From NCBI GenBank assembly GCA_026770705.1, contig JANJGN010000039.1, positions 4,588,001 to 4,652,000 of the forward strand: a stretch of DNA of 64,000 nucleotides, read 5' to 3'. The notes below the pieces were generated by a model. That model saw nothing but the letters and a program-made list of their open reading frames with translations, made no database searches and had not been told where the DNA came from. This DNA is from Isurus oxyrinchus (taxonomy: Eukaryota). Shown here in pieces: positions 48,857-61,800 of the stretch. The position numbers and the translations under genes are program-made. The stretch's first letter is position 1, and every line of letters starts with the position of its first letter.

Positions 48857-50199
48857 GTAAGTTTTGTTTTCTATCACGCTGTTAATTAATAACCTCTGAC
48901 TAACTGCATTAGTGTTCTGATTACTTCGTCCCGCGCGTTGCTTCCCCCTCAGCCAGTCTATCTGGTTATTAGCTCCACAAACCATTTTTCACTGTTTGTG
49001 TAATTTATGTGCTCTTTCTTTCATCTGTTGCTGTTCACGCTCTGTCCCTCTGTACAGCAATTAGATCTATGAAGCACATTGAATTGATTCATGTTTTAAA
49101 TGTTTGGATTGTGGAAGCCATTATCTTCCGCCCTTTACACAATCCCCAAACTCTGTAAACCGACTCCCTCCCTTCCGTTGCCAATATGTGAGGTTGAAGA
49201 AGATTGCTGACAACCTCGGCAATCATTCTGACTATCGGTGGATTTACGGTGCCGTATATTCTCGCTCACTAAACCTGACTGCTACCACCTCCATACATCA
49301 CCCTCTACTTCAAGTCACAAAACTAATCAATGTCTACATTACATCCTTGTTAGATTATGTCAATTCAACCTTGGCCACACTCTCGCTTTTAAACGACCAA
49401 AAGTACATCAAATGCAAATGGCTGTTCCCAAAGGCTGAAGCACACCAACTCCCGCTCACACGCCCCCGTTTGCTCAGTGACCTACATTGGTTCCTGGCCT
49501 GGCAGAGCCTCAGTTTTAGTCATTCAATTATTGTGCTAAAACCAGCCGTGTCTCACGTCTTCAATTCGTTTCATTCCCCTATCTGTTCCCCACGCTCCTG
49601 AAAATGGTTCCCCATTTGCATTTTATGGACTCACTTCTTTGTCCAAAATGATTTTTCTTTCCCCTCCTTATCGCTCAATGCCCATGATGGCTAGCTCTGC
49701 ACAGCCACAGTTACCAGCAACAAGACGGACAACACCTTGGGAAGGCCGTTTCAGGCTGTCACGTACGACTTGTTATGTTCCCATATGAATCACTCTGAGC
49801 TAAATTTGCATTAAGCGGCGAGCCGTGTTCCTTGAAAGGACCAGGCATCAAACCTGTATGCGAGCGTCATTTGAAATAGTTACGTTATGGCAAGTTAGTG
49901 GAGTTGGCCTTCATCGTTTTCCGGAGGTTTCATTGTGATATGATGTAGAAACTCAAGAAGACAAATGAATTGGTTCAACATGGATCGAGATACAGGAACT
50001 GTAATGATTCTGGGTTCGAGGCATGACTAGCATAAAGAGCAGAGGCGGCATAGAAAATAAACTCTGCAGTATGGTGCAAAGAGGCGGGAACTACGCCGTC
50101 AGCATCGCGGATGGTCCAAGAGCATTTATATTCCGTGCACATTTCGAGCAGAGTGTGAGGTGACTTCCTTTCATCACTGGCTGATGACAGACCTGTGCC

Positions 50200-51200
50200 A
50201 GATAGTTAATAAGAACGACCTGCGGCAGCGCACCGGAACAAGAATGACCAGGAGCTGTATGAGGTCACAGCTTCGCTGGGCTTCTGTGCAGGCAGGTGAC
50301 TTCAGGAAGGAGAGGGCTGCATTCAATCTCTGAATATCACGAGGAAAGCTGCATCTGCCAGACTGTGCAGACTATCAATACTAGTTGATTTTCAAAGTGG
50401 GACTTGGACGGTGCGCACGAGTATTTGGTGTCCAAAGTGAAGCGCTCACAGTGATTTCTCTGGCAGCCACGAAAAGGAGGATGAGAAAGTTTTCCACTTT
50501 GCCAGAATACTAGGATTCTGCGGGATTCTGATATCAACGTCGGCCGGGACAGGAACAGGAGGTGTTATCACATTCTTAACACGCTGATGACGTCAACACA
50601 GTTCATTATTACATAATAAGGTATTATTATTGTGTAAGAATGCATTGTTTTGATGTCATAAGCGTGTTACCTGGAATCCTCACTGCCACGTTGCCTTCGA
50701 TCTGAAACATGTAGTACTCCCACTCTTTTCTGCACTCCATGGGGAACACGGTTGTGTTTTCTCTGACGCAAAGCTTAACATCTCCATCCATGCCTCACCA
50801 TCCACAAACACCTAACATGCTAGACGCTGCCAGAAAACAGACACATACAGAATGACCCTGGTTGGTTATGAATAAATAACTGTAGCGCCCTGCAGCCGAT
50901 CAGCAGCATGAGGAAACCCTCTATCTGATTCCTGATCCACGTGCTGGGAGCGCTCCAATGCACATTGGAAGAGGAGACACAATTTGTGGTGTTACTCCAC
51001 ACGCTGCAAGCCATCGCATTTTGAGAGCAAAGGAATTGTTGACAGGAATACTGAGGGAAATTCAGGGGCAATAGAGGAGGAGCAGGATAGGAGGAGGCTG
51101 TGGCTATATTCCATTGATGCTACCAAGCCACAAAGGCTGAGGAATGGTGCGGACATTCCAAATGGTACTGCAGGGCACCGTCCAGCAAACACTATGTTTA
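50200..51200 (+). mobile_element. Degenerate Harbinger transposase remnant
   Basis: FLIHVLGALQCTLEEETQFVVLLHTLQAIAF resembles the transposase C-terminal region (CLDRSGGALQY.PERV..FVVVCCMLHNLA). Positionally equivalent to 12700-13450. Confidence 0.55.
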
Positions 51201-54099
51201 AGGGTCAGGATTCAGGATGTAAAATCTGGACATTGGCCGTAAAGCTTTCGTTGTTCATTGGGTTCTTGTCGACAATAGAAACAATAGGTGTGTGGCGCTG
51301 AAGACAGAGGTCAAGCTGCTATAGCGAGGACTGATAGTCCTTTCATGTTACTTGGATCCACTGCCAGAGAGAGAGAGAGACAGAGAGTGAGAGGGACAGA
51401 CAGGTAGTTGTAAAGCGAGAGGGAGTGAGATGTGACATAAAGAGAGACATCGAATATCTTTGTCCATGTCTCTTATGTTTATTCTTTCTGATCAACGTTT
51501 ATTGTCACTCTCAACATTCTGATTTGTATTTTGTTCCTTTTGGTAGGATATTGTGAGATTTATTTGATTTATTCCTTCCTGACTTACTGCCGTGGCATAT
51601 GCCATTATTTTTACAAATGCTTCCCTAACTTCTTGATCTGCATTTCGTCCTCCTGGTTATTTTCGCCCTTGCACTTAGTGAATGATGCTTGCTGCCATTT
51701 ATATATTTCCGTTGATTCATTTATTCATCCTGTTGTTTTATGCTTAAATAATTGCTTTCTGTTAAATTTGCAGATAATTGACCCGGCGACTTTCCCCCAT
51801 CTCTCTCTCTCCCTGTCTCTCCGTCTGTCTGTCTGTCTGTCTGTCTGCCTGTCTCTCTTTCTCTCTCTCTCTGCCCCTGTTTCGCCGGGCCTACCTTCTA
51901 ACATACGATTAACTTTGTCGCATTGAACTCCACACAAGCACAGCAAACATACTAAATATATTGAATGCGTCGACCTCAGCATCTACATCGTCAGCAAGAC
52001 AATCTTCTGTTATTTCTTTCGAGGAAAGATTCCTTTTGCTTTTAACCTGTGGCTCAGATTTGCCTCAGCATCTCACCCATTTCCGTTCCTGAGCTCGTTT
52101 TGTTATATTTCCTCTTACCAGGATAGAAATCTGCTCGCCTGTTTTAGAGTAACCTAAACCCTGGAGATAAGGCACAGGGTTCAATCACGTATGAATAAAT
52201 TTCGAAAATGTTTGTGTCACTCTTAGCGTTTTGAATCTTTGGATTTTTCTTCCACAGAAAGCTGCAGATTTCTCGGTCATTCAGTGTAAACAGGGCATGG
52301 TTTAATCCAATGTTTAGATGTGTTTGGGGTGAAAAGCTTTATAGAAAGTGTCAACGTTTGAAAAGAAGTAAATGATTAGACGCAAATAGTTAAAAGGGGG
52401 TGCAAGATGAGGTGACAAAATGAGCTCCTGCTGCGTCTATATTAATGTCTGGATGAGAAGATCCGTTCAATGTGTTTTGCTTTATTCATCATCTGTGTTT
52501 TGTACCCTTATTTTTCACAGCCTGTCTCTGTAACTGAAGCGATTACGTCCATTTCCAAATTTTAATGCAACTCTTAAATAATTGGCATGAAATTAATTCC
52601 TACTTCAATGTTGGAGGCAGTTTAAATAATTCGAAATACACTCTACAGCCCAACTAAACTTTGAGCAAATTTAATGTGAGGAATTTAACGGGTATTACCG
52701 AACGCAATGCTGACCCTGTAGATGGGAAATCCACCAAAGCAGTGGTTATAAATCCAGACGTTGATAAGGAACAGTGACAGGTATTTTAAATCCTTTTAGC
52801 ATGAAATAGATGCAACATCAATCGGAATATAATTAGATAGTTTTGGTAAACATTGTTAAATACGTAAGGGGAAGAAACATGTCCAAATAAAACTAGATAG
52901 CAAGGAGCTGATATTGTGGCAATGAGAAAGCATTTTTTTGCAGATAAACTGGAGTCGATTATTAATTATATGAACATAGAACAACGGTGGGAAATATATG
53001 TTTAGACGTAATGAATAGGCATCTGGATAATATGTCCCTTTAAAACAACCAACATGATAGCTTTAAAACAACGTTCCTGAATAAAGGGAGGGGTGCAGGA
53101 AATGGAAATTCAGGTGAATCTCATGCAATAAACAGAATGAGGATAAAGGAGAAGACGATGAAAATAAAGCACAGCGTTAGGGAAGAAAGCGAAACAAGGA
53201 ATACAAATAAAAGTTTTGAAATTAAATGATGAAGCAATTAATGAAAGAAGCAATAAAATATCTTAAAGACAAAATTAGCAAAAAGGTAAATCAGCGTGTG
53301 AACCGAGATATTTAGGATGCATTCGGTGAATATAAGCTCGGAAACAATGAAATAGTCTCTCTCTCTCCCCCTCTCTCTCTAACCCTCTCTCTGTACCCCT
53401 ATCACTCCGTTTTTTTTTACCGTCTCAGTTCATAGCAGCTGCGTTGATCCATTTCTCATCCACGTGTTAAGCATTGGGTCCTGGAGTACAGAGTAAGTAC
53501 CTCACCACATTTTCCCTTTTCCCTGCCCGCCATTCACAGATCAATCAATGTACTTGCAATCTCCTGCTGTACTCATCGTATAAACTTTACTCAGCTCATA
53601 ACTTTTCTCCCAGATTTTCCACTGAGCCCCTTCCATTATTTGGTCATCTCTTGACCTGCCCTTCTCCTGCTATTTAAACTTGCCCTGACACAAAATTCCT
53701 CTACACATATGTACTCGAAGATAAGAATATGGTCAGTAGTTAGGAGCAATTGCTTGAAACATATTTATATAATTAAGGTACATTTGAATGTTGACGAGGC
53801 AGCGTCAGTTGCAGAGTCAAACTGCCAGGAATAAGGATAACAATTAAAAAAAAACACAGCATCCAGGTGATTTACCGAGCAAAGTACATTTCAGGCACAT
53901 GGACATCAGAAACCAAAGCAGCACTAGCCATTATGCCCTTCATGTCCTTTAGCATTTAAGAAGACAATTCCGGATCTATTATTAAGCTTTAACCTCCTCC
54001 AGTGCCCATTTTGTTTCAAGGTGCGCATTTTCCCCAAGGCATGTTGGTGCAATAACACTTTTCTGCAATTTTTCCTTCATTATTCCGATGCTAATTGTA

Positions 54100-54450
54100 C
54101 AACTTTAAAAAAACATGTTCACACTGGTTTCCTCTCTGTTTGCATATCTTTATCCGGAGTGTCCCTTCATTTTGATATTCCTGTTTTTGTTCCCACAATA
54201 TCAGTTTTTTTACCTATTCATTACGCAGAAAACAATCACTGTGATAGGGAACTGTGTGCTGAAGATGGAATATATGCAATATGCAATAAGTGCAATATGA
54301 CATGTGAGAAAATATATTTAGTAGTAGACATGGTTGACATAATAAGGATCCAGCAGAGATTGGAACCACAAAAAGGGATTGAGGGGAATAGTCAGGGAGC
54401 ATTACAGCGGTCGGGATGGGTTATTAGCACATCCAGTAAAAAGGATTTTG
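54100..54450 (-). pseudogene. Possible very old GPR139-like fragment (TM4 to ICL3)
   Basis: WFQSLLDPYYVNHVYY*..YSIFSTQFPITVIVF..DIVGTKT..PDKDMQTERKPV in the expected order, against WYF..HHILTPCVPFVLILL..YILVTSR..KDPEVENRKKSI. Identity is weak. Confidence 0.3.
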
Positions 54451-55259
54451 CTTAAAAAGACCAAGTTTCAAACGCATTGACATTCCCGTCCTACCCAGTG
54501 AAATTGCTCCTCTCGCTCTGACCATATTGTTCACTCCATAAAAGGTTTGTTCACCCCCATCCATTTCCTTAGCCATTGAAACTCCTCCCCTCCCCTGCTC
54601 CGGCCTCCCGATTCAATTAAAACCTCTCCCTCCCTAAACCCCGCCTCCCCACCCACTGAAACTCTTCCCCTCCCCTGCTCCCTCCTCCCAACCCACGGAA
54701 TGATTCCCCCTACTGTAACCGCGCCTGCCCATGGAATGCAACACCCCCCTCGCTGAACTTATTCCACATCTCCTGAGACACCTCCTTCCAAACAACGACT
54801 TCCCCAAAATCTCTTACTCATCCCTTGGATATGTTTCGTAGCCCTTAAGTGCATCTTTCGACAACTTGCACATTCTGTGCACCCTGTCCTTATCTTCAGG
54901 CCCCTGACCCAGCTACCTGTGCTCCTGACCCCCTTTCCAATACACTGGGCTGTAGTTAATGGAGACGATGGAGGTCTGAGCCGTTACCCGGAGAGCAGGT
55001 GTGAGCCCTGTGTCAGCTCCTTGAGTGAAGTCCCGCTGAAAGAACGGCCACTCAGGCACTTAAATTGATAATATCGGGGGTTCCCCGTGTTCAGGGATTT
55101 CAGCGATGGAAACCCAGCCCACCAAGAGCTGCCGGCCCAACAGTTACTGGCAGCTCCAGGACGGCAGCACCGCTGCTTAGGAATAGGTTTTTGCCGATAC
55201 CACAACCAACTTCGTCTTCTGGCCATCGCTAAATCCCAGGCCACAGGTGCTTGATGGTT

Positions 55260-55835
55260 GGATACATAATTTGTTTATCATTCTCATGACTATTGTTGAC
55301 ACGTACAGAATTAATCCCGAACATGTAAATCTTCCACTGACATGTATTGATTGAAACTCAAGGATTCACACAACACACGGGAGTGAAAGATGCATAAAAT
55401 CCCACTGTGACATAACAATATTGCAGAACTAGGGTACATCAGAGAGATCTATAATGACTATCAAACACCATGCACAGAATGAAAATCGAAAACACAATGA
55501 AATATAGATAACGAGTCTGATATACACCTACTATCTTACTGAAACCACTATCAATGTCATGCACGGTTCCACGGAACAATTGCTGCAGACTGAAATGGAG
55601 GCACGCACACCAAACCACAGACGTTCAGAATCAGAATGACTCCCCATACCCATATCCAGTTGTACGGAACGAGAAAGATCTAATCACACGTTGACAATTA
55701 CAGAAAAACTACACATTGCTCCCGGAACTGAGAAGAATGGCTTTGACACTCGCTTACTGCACTAAGATAGTGACAAATGCGGAATGAATGCGGCTCTCGC
55801 TTACAGTGGCAGAGAATGCCAGATAGCGAATGAAA
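55260..55835 (-). pseudogene. Highly degenerate GPR139-like exon 2 (TM1 end to ICL3)
   Basis: Ordered, plausibly spaced remnants: ILCHCK..ICHYLSAVS; SV..AAI; AWCLIVIIDLSDVP*FCNI (55417-55437); CIF(T)PCV; RVNNSHENDK. A candidate phase-1 donor AG|GTGAGT lies at 56023/56022. Confidence 0.55.
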
Positions 55836-56199
55836 CCCATACGTGTTTACAGTAACAGAAACTGACTGATAGAAAAAAATCCTTGCACAAATACACTGCA
55901 AACGGCAGCTTCACAAAGCGGTCAATTTTGTTAACAATATCAGGAAATGACCGACAGAAATAAAGTACAACACATATACACTGCTCCGGAGAGTAACAAA
56001 TAGTGAATAACCAAACACTCACCTACAGCTCCATTGACAATTGTTCCAAACTCACGTTCTTGCACATAAGGGTTAAATAAGCTGCTTTCGCACTTCAATC
56101 TGCGTCATCACGTTGAAACCACCAAATTCACGCCCCGCCGACACCGCGCACTTAATTCAAGAGCCGGTTCAGCATTTCCTAGCAATTCCCATCTTAAAA

Positions 56200-58860
56200 T
56201 AATGACAGCCTACCCACTCAGTTACTACAGTGACAGGTATCTGGACCTGTAAAATACTTAAAGTGTACCCACTCAATTTCTACAGTGACAGGCCTCTGTC
56301 CTCTAAAATCCTGACAGTCTACCCACTCAATTCCTATATTGATAGACCCCTGGCCCTGTAAAATACTGACAATCTACGCACTCAATTACTATAGGGGCAG
56401 ACGACTTGCCCTGTTAAATAACGACAACTTACCCAGGCAATCACTGCGGTGACAGACGCTTGGCCCTGTAAAGGACTGACAGTCCACCCACTCAATTATA
56501 ATATTGAAAGGCCATTGGTTCTGTAAAAAACTGATAGTCTACCCATTTAATTGCTACATGGACAGGCCCCTGGCCCTGTAAGTTACTGACAGTCTAAACA
56601 ATTTATGCATACAGAGTGAGGTCTCAGGCACTATGAATATTTTGACAATTCCCCTCTGCTACTTTTTAAAAAATTCGTTCATGGGATGTAAGCGTTCCTG
56701 GCTGGGCCACCATTTATTACCCAACCATAATTTCCATGTACAGATGGTATTTATGAGTCAGCCACATTTCTGTTGGCCTGGAGTCACATGTAGGTCAGAC
56801 CAGGAAAGAACAGCAGTCTCTTATTTAAAGGGCATTTGCAAACCAGATGAGTTTTTACAACACTTGGCGTTGGTTTGATGTTCATCATTAGAGAATTTAA
56901 TTATTCTTATTTTTTTGATTGACGATTTTTACTGAATTTAGCAACACACCGTCGGGAGAATCGAACCCGAGTCCCCAGAGAATTATTTTGTGTCTGTGGA
57001 TTACTCGTCCTACCCGAGTGACAGGCCGCATCTATGTCAACAAACTTCCATTTTCCCCGCTCCATTACTACAGTAACAGGCACCCAGCTCTGTTAACAAA
57101 TTGACAGTCTCCCCACGATATTACAATAGTGGCAGGCGCCCAGCCTTTAATATGTAGAGACAGACTGCACACTATATTACGATAGTGACAGGACCCGGGC
57201 TCTGTAAGCATTCTACATTCTACCAAACCAATTGCTATAAAGACAAAACCCGCAACTCGGGTAATGATACTGACAGCCTATGCCATTATGTGACTGTTGT
57301 GACAGGCCCCCAGCTCTATCATACTCTTGAAGTATACGCATTCTATTAGAATATTGATTGGAGCCCCCGCTCTGTAAACATGCTGACAGCCTGCACGATC
57401 AGTTGCTATGGTGGCAGGCCCCTGGCTCTTTAATAATAATGACAATCTACCCACTCTATTAATTTAATGACAGAACCTCCTGCTCTGTCAACACCCTGAC
57501 AGTCTACCCAAACTATTACTATGGAGATAGAACCACTAGCTCTGCAAATATGACAGCCTAGCCAGTCTAGCATTAGAGTTACAGGCCTCCAGCTCCTTAA
57601 TGATGCTGACAGATTTTCCACGCTATTACAATAGAGGCAGAGTCCCGGCCTCTGTAAACGTACTGACAGTCTCCCCATTCTAATACTATAGTGATAAAAC
57701 AGTGTGTGTAATGTTGCTGACAGAATCTCCACTATATTTCTGTTGTGACCGGCTGCCGAACGGTACATATACTGACAGCTCCAAAATCTAGTTACAGGCC
57801 CCTGGCTCTGTAAATATCCTGACAGTCTCCCCACTCTGTTTCTTTGGTGACAGGACCCTGGTTCTATAAAACACTGACAGTCTAGATTATCTATTATTGT
57901 ACTGGCTGGCCCCAGCTCTTCAAGCATGCTGACAGTCTAAACAATCTATTCATACACTGACTTGTCCCCGGGTCTTTAAACATACCGAGAATCTCTCCAG
58001 TCTATTACTACAGTGACAGACCCTTTTGTAAACATACTGATTGAATAGTATAATGTTCTTTAGTCATAGGTCGCCTGCTCTGTAAACAAGCAGGCAGAAT
58101 ACGACTGTATTCATATAGTGGCAGGCCTTCGGCTCTGTAAATCAATTGACAGTCTATGTATACTAATACTATAATGAAATGCTCTAGGCTTTGCAAACAT
58201 ACTGACAATCCCCCACCCTATTAGAATAGTGATAGGACCCGATTCAGTCAACATGCTGACAGTCTAAGTACCCTAATAATATACAGACAGCACCCCCCCC
58301 CCCACCCCCCACCCCCCGGCTCTGTCAAATAACTGAAAGTCTATGCACTGTATTACTAATAGTGAAAGTACCCTGGCTCTGTAAGCAAGCTGACAGTCTA
58401 TGCACTAGAATAATAAATTGGCAGCCGAATGGCTCTGTCAACGTGCTGGCATTCTATGCCCTATATTACTATAGTGACAGCCCCCCGGCTTTGTCAACAT
58501 TCTGACAGTCTATACCCTCTATTACTATAGTGACAGCCCACGGCTATGTCAACATATTGACAGACTATGAACACTATTACTATAGTGACAGCCCCATGGC
58601 TCTGTCAACATACGGGCAGTATAGGCACTCTAATAAGATACTGACAGACCCCGCCTCTGTCAACATTCTGACATTCTCTGCATTTTATTCTTATAGTGAC
58701 AGTCTCAGGGCTCTTTTGGATTACTGACACTCTACGCTCTCTCATACTAGAGTCACAGCACACGGTCTATTTCAACATGCTGACACCCTATGCACTCTAT
58801 TACTATTGTGACAGGCCCCCGGCTCTGTCAACATGCTGACAAGCAATGCACTGTATTGTG
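56200..58860. repeat. Degenerate ~55-bp tandem array, roughly 40 units, interrupted by a SINE
   Basis: Unit about CTGACAGTCTACCCACTCAATTACTATAGTGACAGGCCCCTGGCTCTGTAAACATA. Confidence 0.92.
56665..57025 (-). mobile_element. tRNA-derived SINE inserted in the tandem array
   Basis: Minus strand has a B-box-like GGTTCGATTC head (~56960-56972) and a LINE-like tail (..catcccatgaacgaatttttt) related to the LINE 3' end at ~31900-31965. Confidence 0.7.
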
Positions 58861-58877
58861 TAGGAATCACTGGGGTG

Positions 58878-61800
58878 TGCGTCTTGGGAAATTAGCCCTT
58901 TTGGATGGGCGGGCCGAGTCAAGATTAGTGACCTATCTGTCAGTGTGGCCGGGGCAGAGGAGCAGTCCTTTTTGTTGGGAAGTCAAGCAATTGGGTTTTG
59001 CATTTACTCAATGGGTTAGTTGGGTGGCCAAGTGTAGTCAGCTCCGTTCAAGTCAGTAAGTAGTCTGGCCTCAGAGGATATTTTGTTAAATAGGGGGTTA
59101 ACTGAGACCTTTCAATCGGGTCATCAGGTCAGGTTAATTGGTTGTGTGTGCTTGGAATTGCAGCGAGGATGAGTGAAATCTTATTGGGTTTGTTTGGCAG
59201 TAGTTAACTGGCCTGCAAAAAGGTCGGGTTGTTTTAAGCGGTTATTGGGCACAGTGGTGAATTTGGTCAGGTACAGCGATTTGGATCAACTGTGGAAGGT
59301 CGAGGTGCTTCGGGTGTTTCGTGAGGTGAATGGAGTCAGGTGGTATTTGGGAAGAGGGAGGTTATGTTGGTGGATTGTGGTGGTGCCTCGATCTGAGTTA
59401 TTTTTCTCGTTGGGGCTCTAGTCACTTTGGGTCATGTCCATATTCAAGCCTGTTTGATAATAGCTCGTGAGTGATCGGGGTACTGTTTAAATTGAACTTG
59501 GGGGAGAGTCACATCGATGCAGATTTCATCAGCTGGAGGGTGTATGCATTGTGCAGAGTCTATCGTCCAAAGAAGTCGGGGAAATTGGATGGAGTCGGGT
59601 AGAGTCATTTTGTAGCTGGGTCTTGTGTGTTGAAAAGTCTGTTCAGCCGTGGGATAAATAGATCTGCTGGGGTGGAAGATCTGATCAGCTTGTGGGTCGG
59701 GGGAAGTGGGAGGCACTTTGTTTTCCCCATGTGTTTGTTCAGCAACTCGAGCTGTAGACAGGCCAAGCCGCGGGAAAGCTCTGTTCGATCATCAGAGTAG
59801 TTGCGTCGAATTGGGGGATAGTCCATTCAGGTCAGGGATAGTTGCTTCATTGTTTGGATGAGTAGATTGTTTCGGTCTTCAGGTTGGAGCCACAGCAATT
59901 TAGTTAGTGCTGAATGGCAGTCATGTCGGTTTGGGAGAATGGGTCAGCTTTTCAGTGTAGTCAGTTCAGTTTGCAGTGTGCAGTAATGTCATGTTCGTTT
60001 AGGTGGACGAGCTTCGATCGGCTCGGCTTAGGTTAGTTGTTTAATTGTGAGGAATGGTTGCCATTTTAGGATATTCAATTCAGCGGATAGTCATTTCGGG
60101 TAAACGTCTCAGCCTGATTTGTTGGATCGTTAAGATAGTTCGACACGGAGTAGTCAGATGAGCATGCAGTGGTAGTCTGACCCAGCAGTTAATAGTGGTA
60201 TCCAGTCAGGTCAGCAGTGTAATCTTGTCAGCTAAAGAAAATCATCACAGGTGGTGAGTAACCCAATCAGGTTGTTGGGTATTCGCGCCGGATTTGAGAG
60301 GTATGTGAATTGGATGGATAATTGGGGCGCATATGAGTCTTACTCGGATTGGTTCGGGGTTTCTCAGGTTCGGTCATGGTGTTAAAGTCCGGTACCTTGT
60401 TTGCTGCGGTTGAGGATGAGTAAGTAGGATTGGAGAAGGGCTTCATCTGCTCAACACCATGGGCAGTCGGTCAGGTCTCTGGGCAGTTTGGTCAGATGGC
60501 ACGTGGTGATTAGTTCAGGGAGGTAGGAAGGTCGAGTCAATGTTTGTTACTTGAGGTGGACTTGAAGCTGTCAGGAGATGCAAAGGGGTACTCGGGTGAG
60601 GGCAGTGATGTAGACATCTCTGGTGCGTAGTGAGGACTTGTGAGGTGATTTTCGGTACGTGCTGGGGGTATTTTGGCCCAGCTGGTTAGTCGTGGTGTGC
60701 ACAGATTAGTCACTTGAGTTTGGGCGGTGGTGACAGTGGTGAGCGGTAGACTTTCCGGTTCAGAAGTTGGCCGGGCTCTGTTGGTGGTAAACAGTTTAAA
60801 TGGGCTATTGGGTCGTGTGGGCAGCGGCATATTTGTGAAACATGTTCGGGTCAGTATGTAGCCCATGTAGTGGTATAGCTAGGTCCAGAGTGATAGTTTG
60901 GCCGTGCTGTAAAGGGGTGTAGCTGGGGTGAATAGGGCCGGGAAGTTGAAGAGTCAAGAGAACTAGATTCAGAAATGTCACCAAGTTGGTTGGAGGTGTA
61001 GTCGGGTCAGGAAACAGGTAGTCAGGTTGTGAGTTAGTCCTTCCTGGATGTCAGAAGGAAGAGCATCACTGCTTTAAGGCAGGCATTCCTGGAGTTAGCC
61101 ATCTTGGTTCAATGAGAGATGGGTCAGAGGGTATTAATTTGGGCTGGGCTGGTGAAAAATTCGATGCATTTATTCATCAAGATCAGCATTTAGTTTATTC
61201 GTGTTGTGGGGGTTTAACCGGTTAGGTTAAGGGTATCTGGTCAAGGTGTTGGAATCAACTTGGCCGGGTTTGCATGTCAGATCCATTCGTTAATTTGGCA
61301 CGTTTGTTTGCGGGATTTACCGGTGTGTTTCAGGTCAGGCCATAATGGTCATTGGCACGGGTATTCGGACCGAGTGGCGGGTAGTCACGCCTGGTCAGCG
61401 TGTGCATTGTCGCATTGTGATTTTAGGGGGTTGTGTCTGGTCAGCTTGGGATATAGTCAGGTCTAGTCGGAGACTGGTGTGGTCAGTTCCTTGCGTGAGC
61501 TAGTCAACCAGGTGGTTATTCAGGCTGGGTTTGCAAGTGGAGCAGAAAGATCGTGTCAGGTGTTGTCGCATCTGGTTGGTGCAGAGGAATGTCGAATTTG
61601 GTTTGCTGCTTGTTGGATCTGGTTGTTGTGGCGGCAGCCTGATAGGATCAGTAGGTAGTCGGATCAAGTCAGAGGTTGTCGGACATTATCATTGCGAGAT
61701 GTAGTGAGATCGCTTCGGGGGTGAGTGTAGTATGGAGTGCAATAAGGTGGGAAGGTGGAGAGGCATGTCTTGTTTAGAATCGTGTAGTTAGAGCGTGACA

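Noticed and set aside
56200-58860. CRISPR-like appearance of the periodic arrays (also 18968-19345 and 37620-38210)
   Set aside because: Units are diverged along their whole length with no constant repeat plus unique spacer, there are no cas genes, and the context is eukaryotic.
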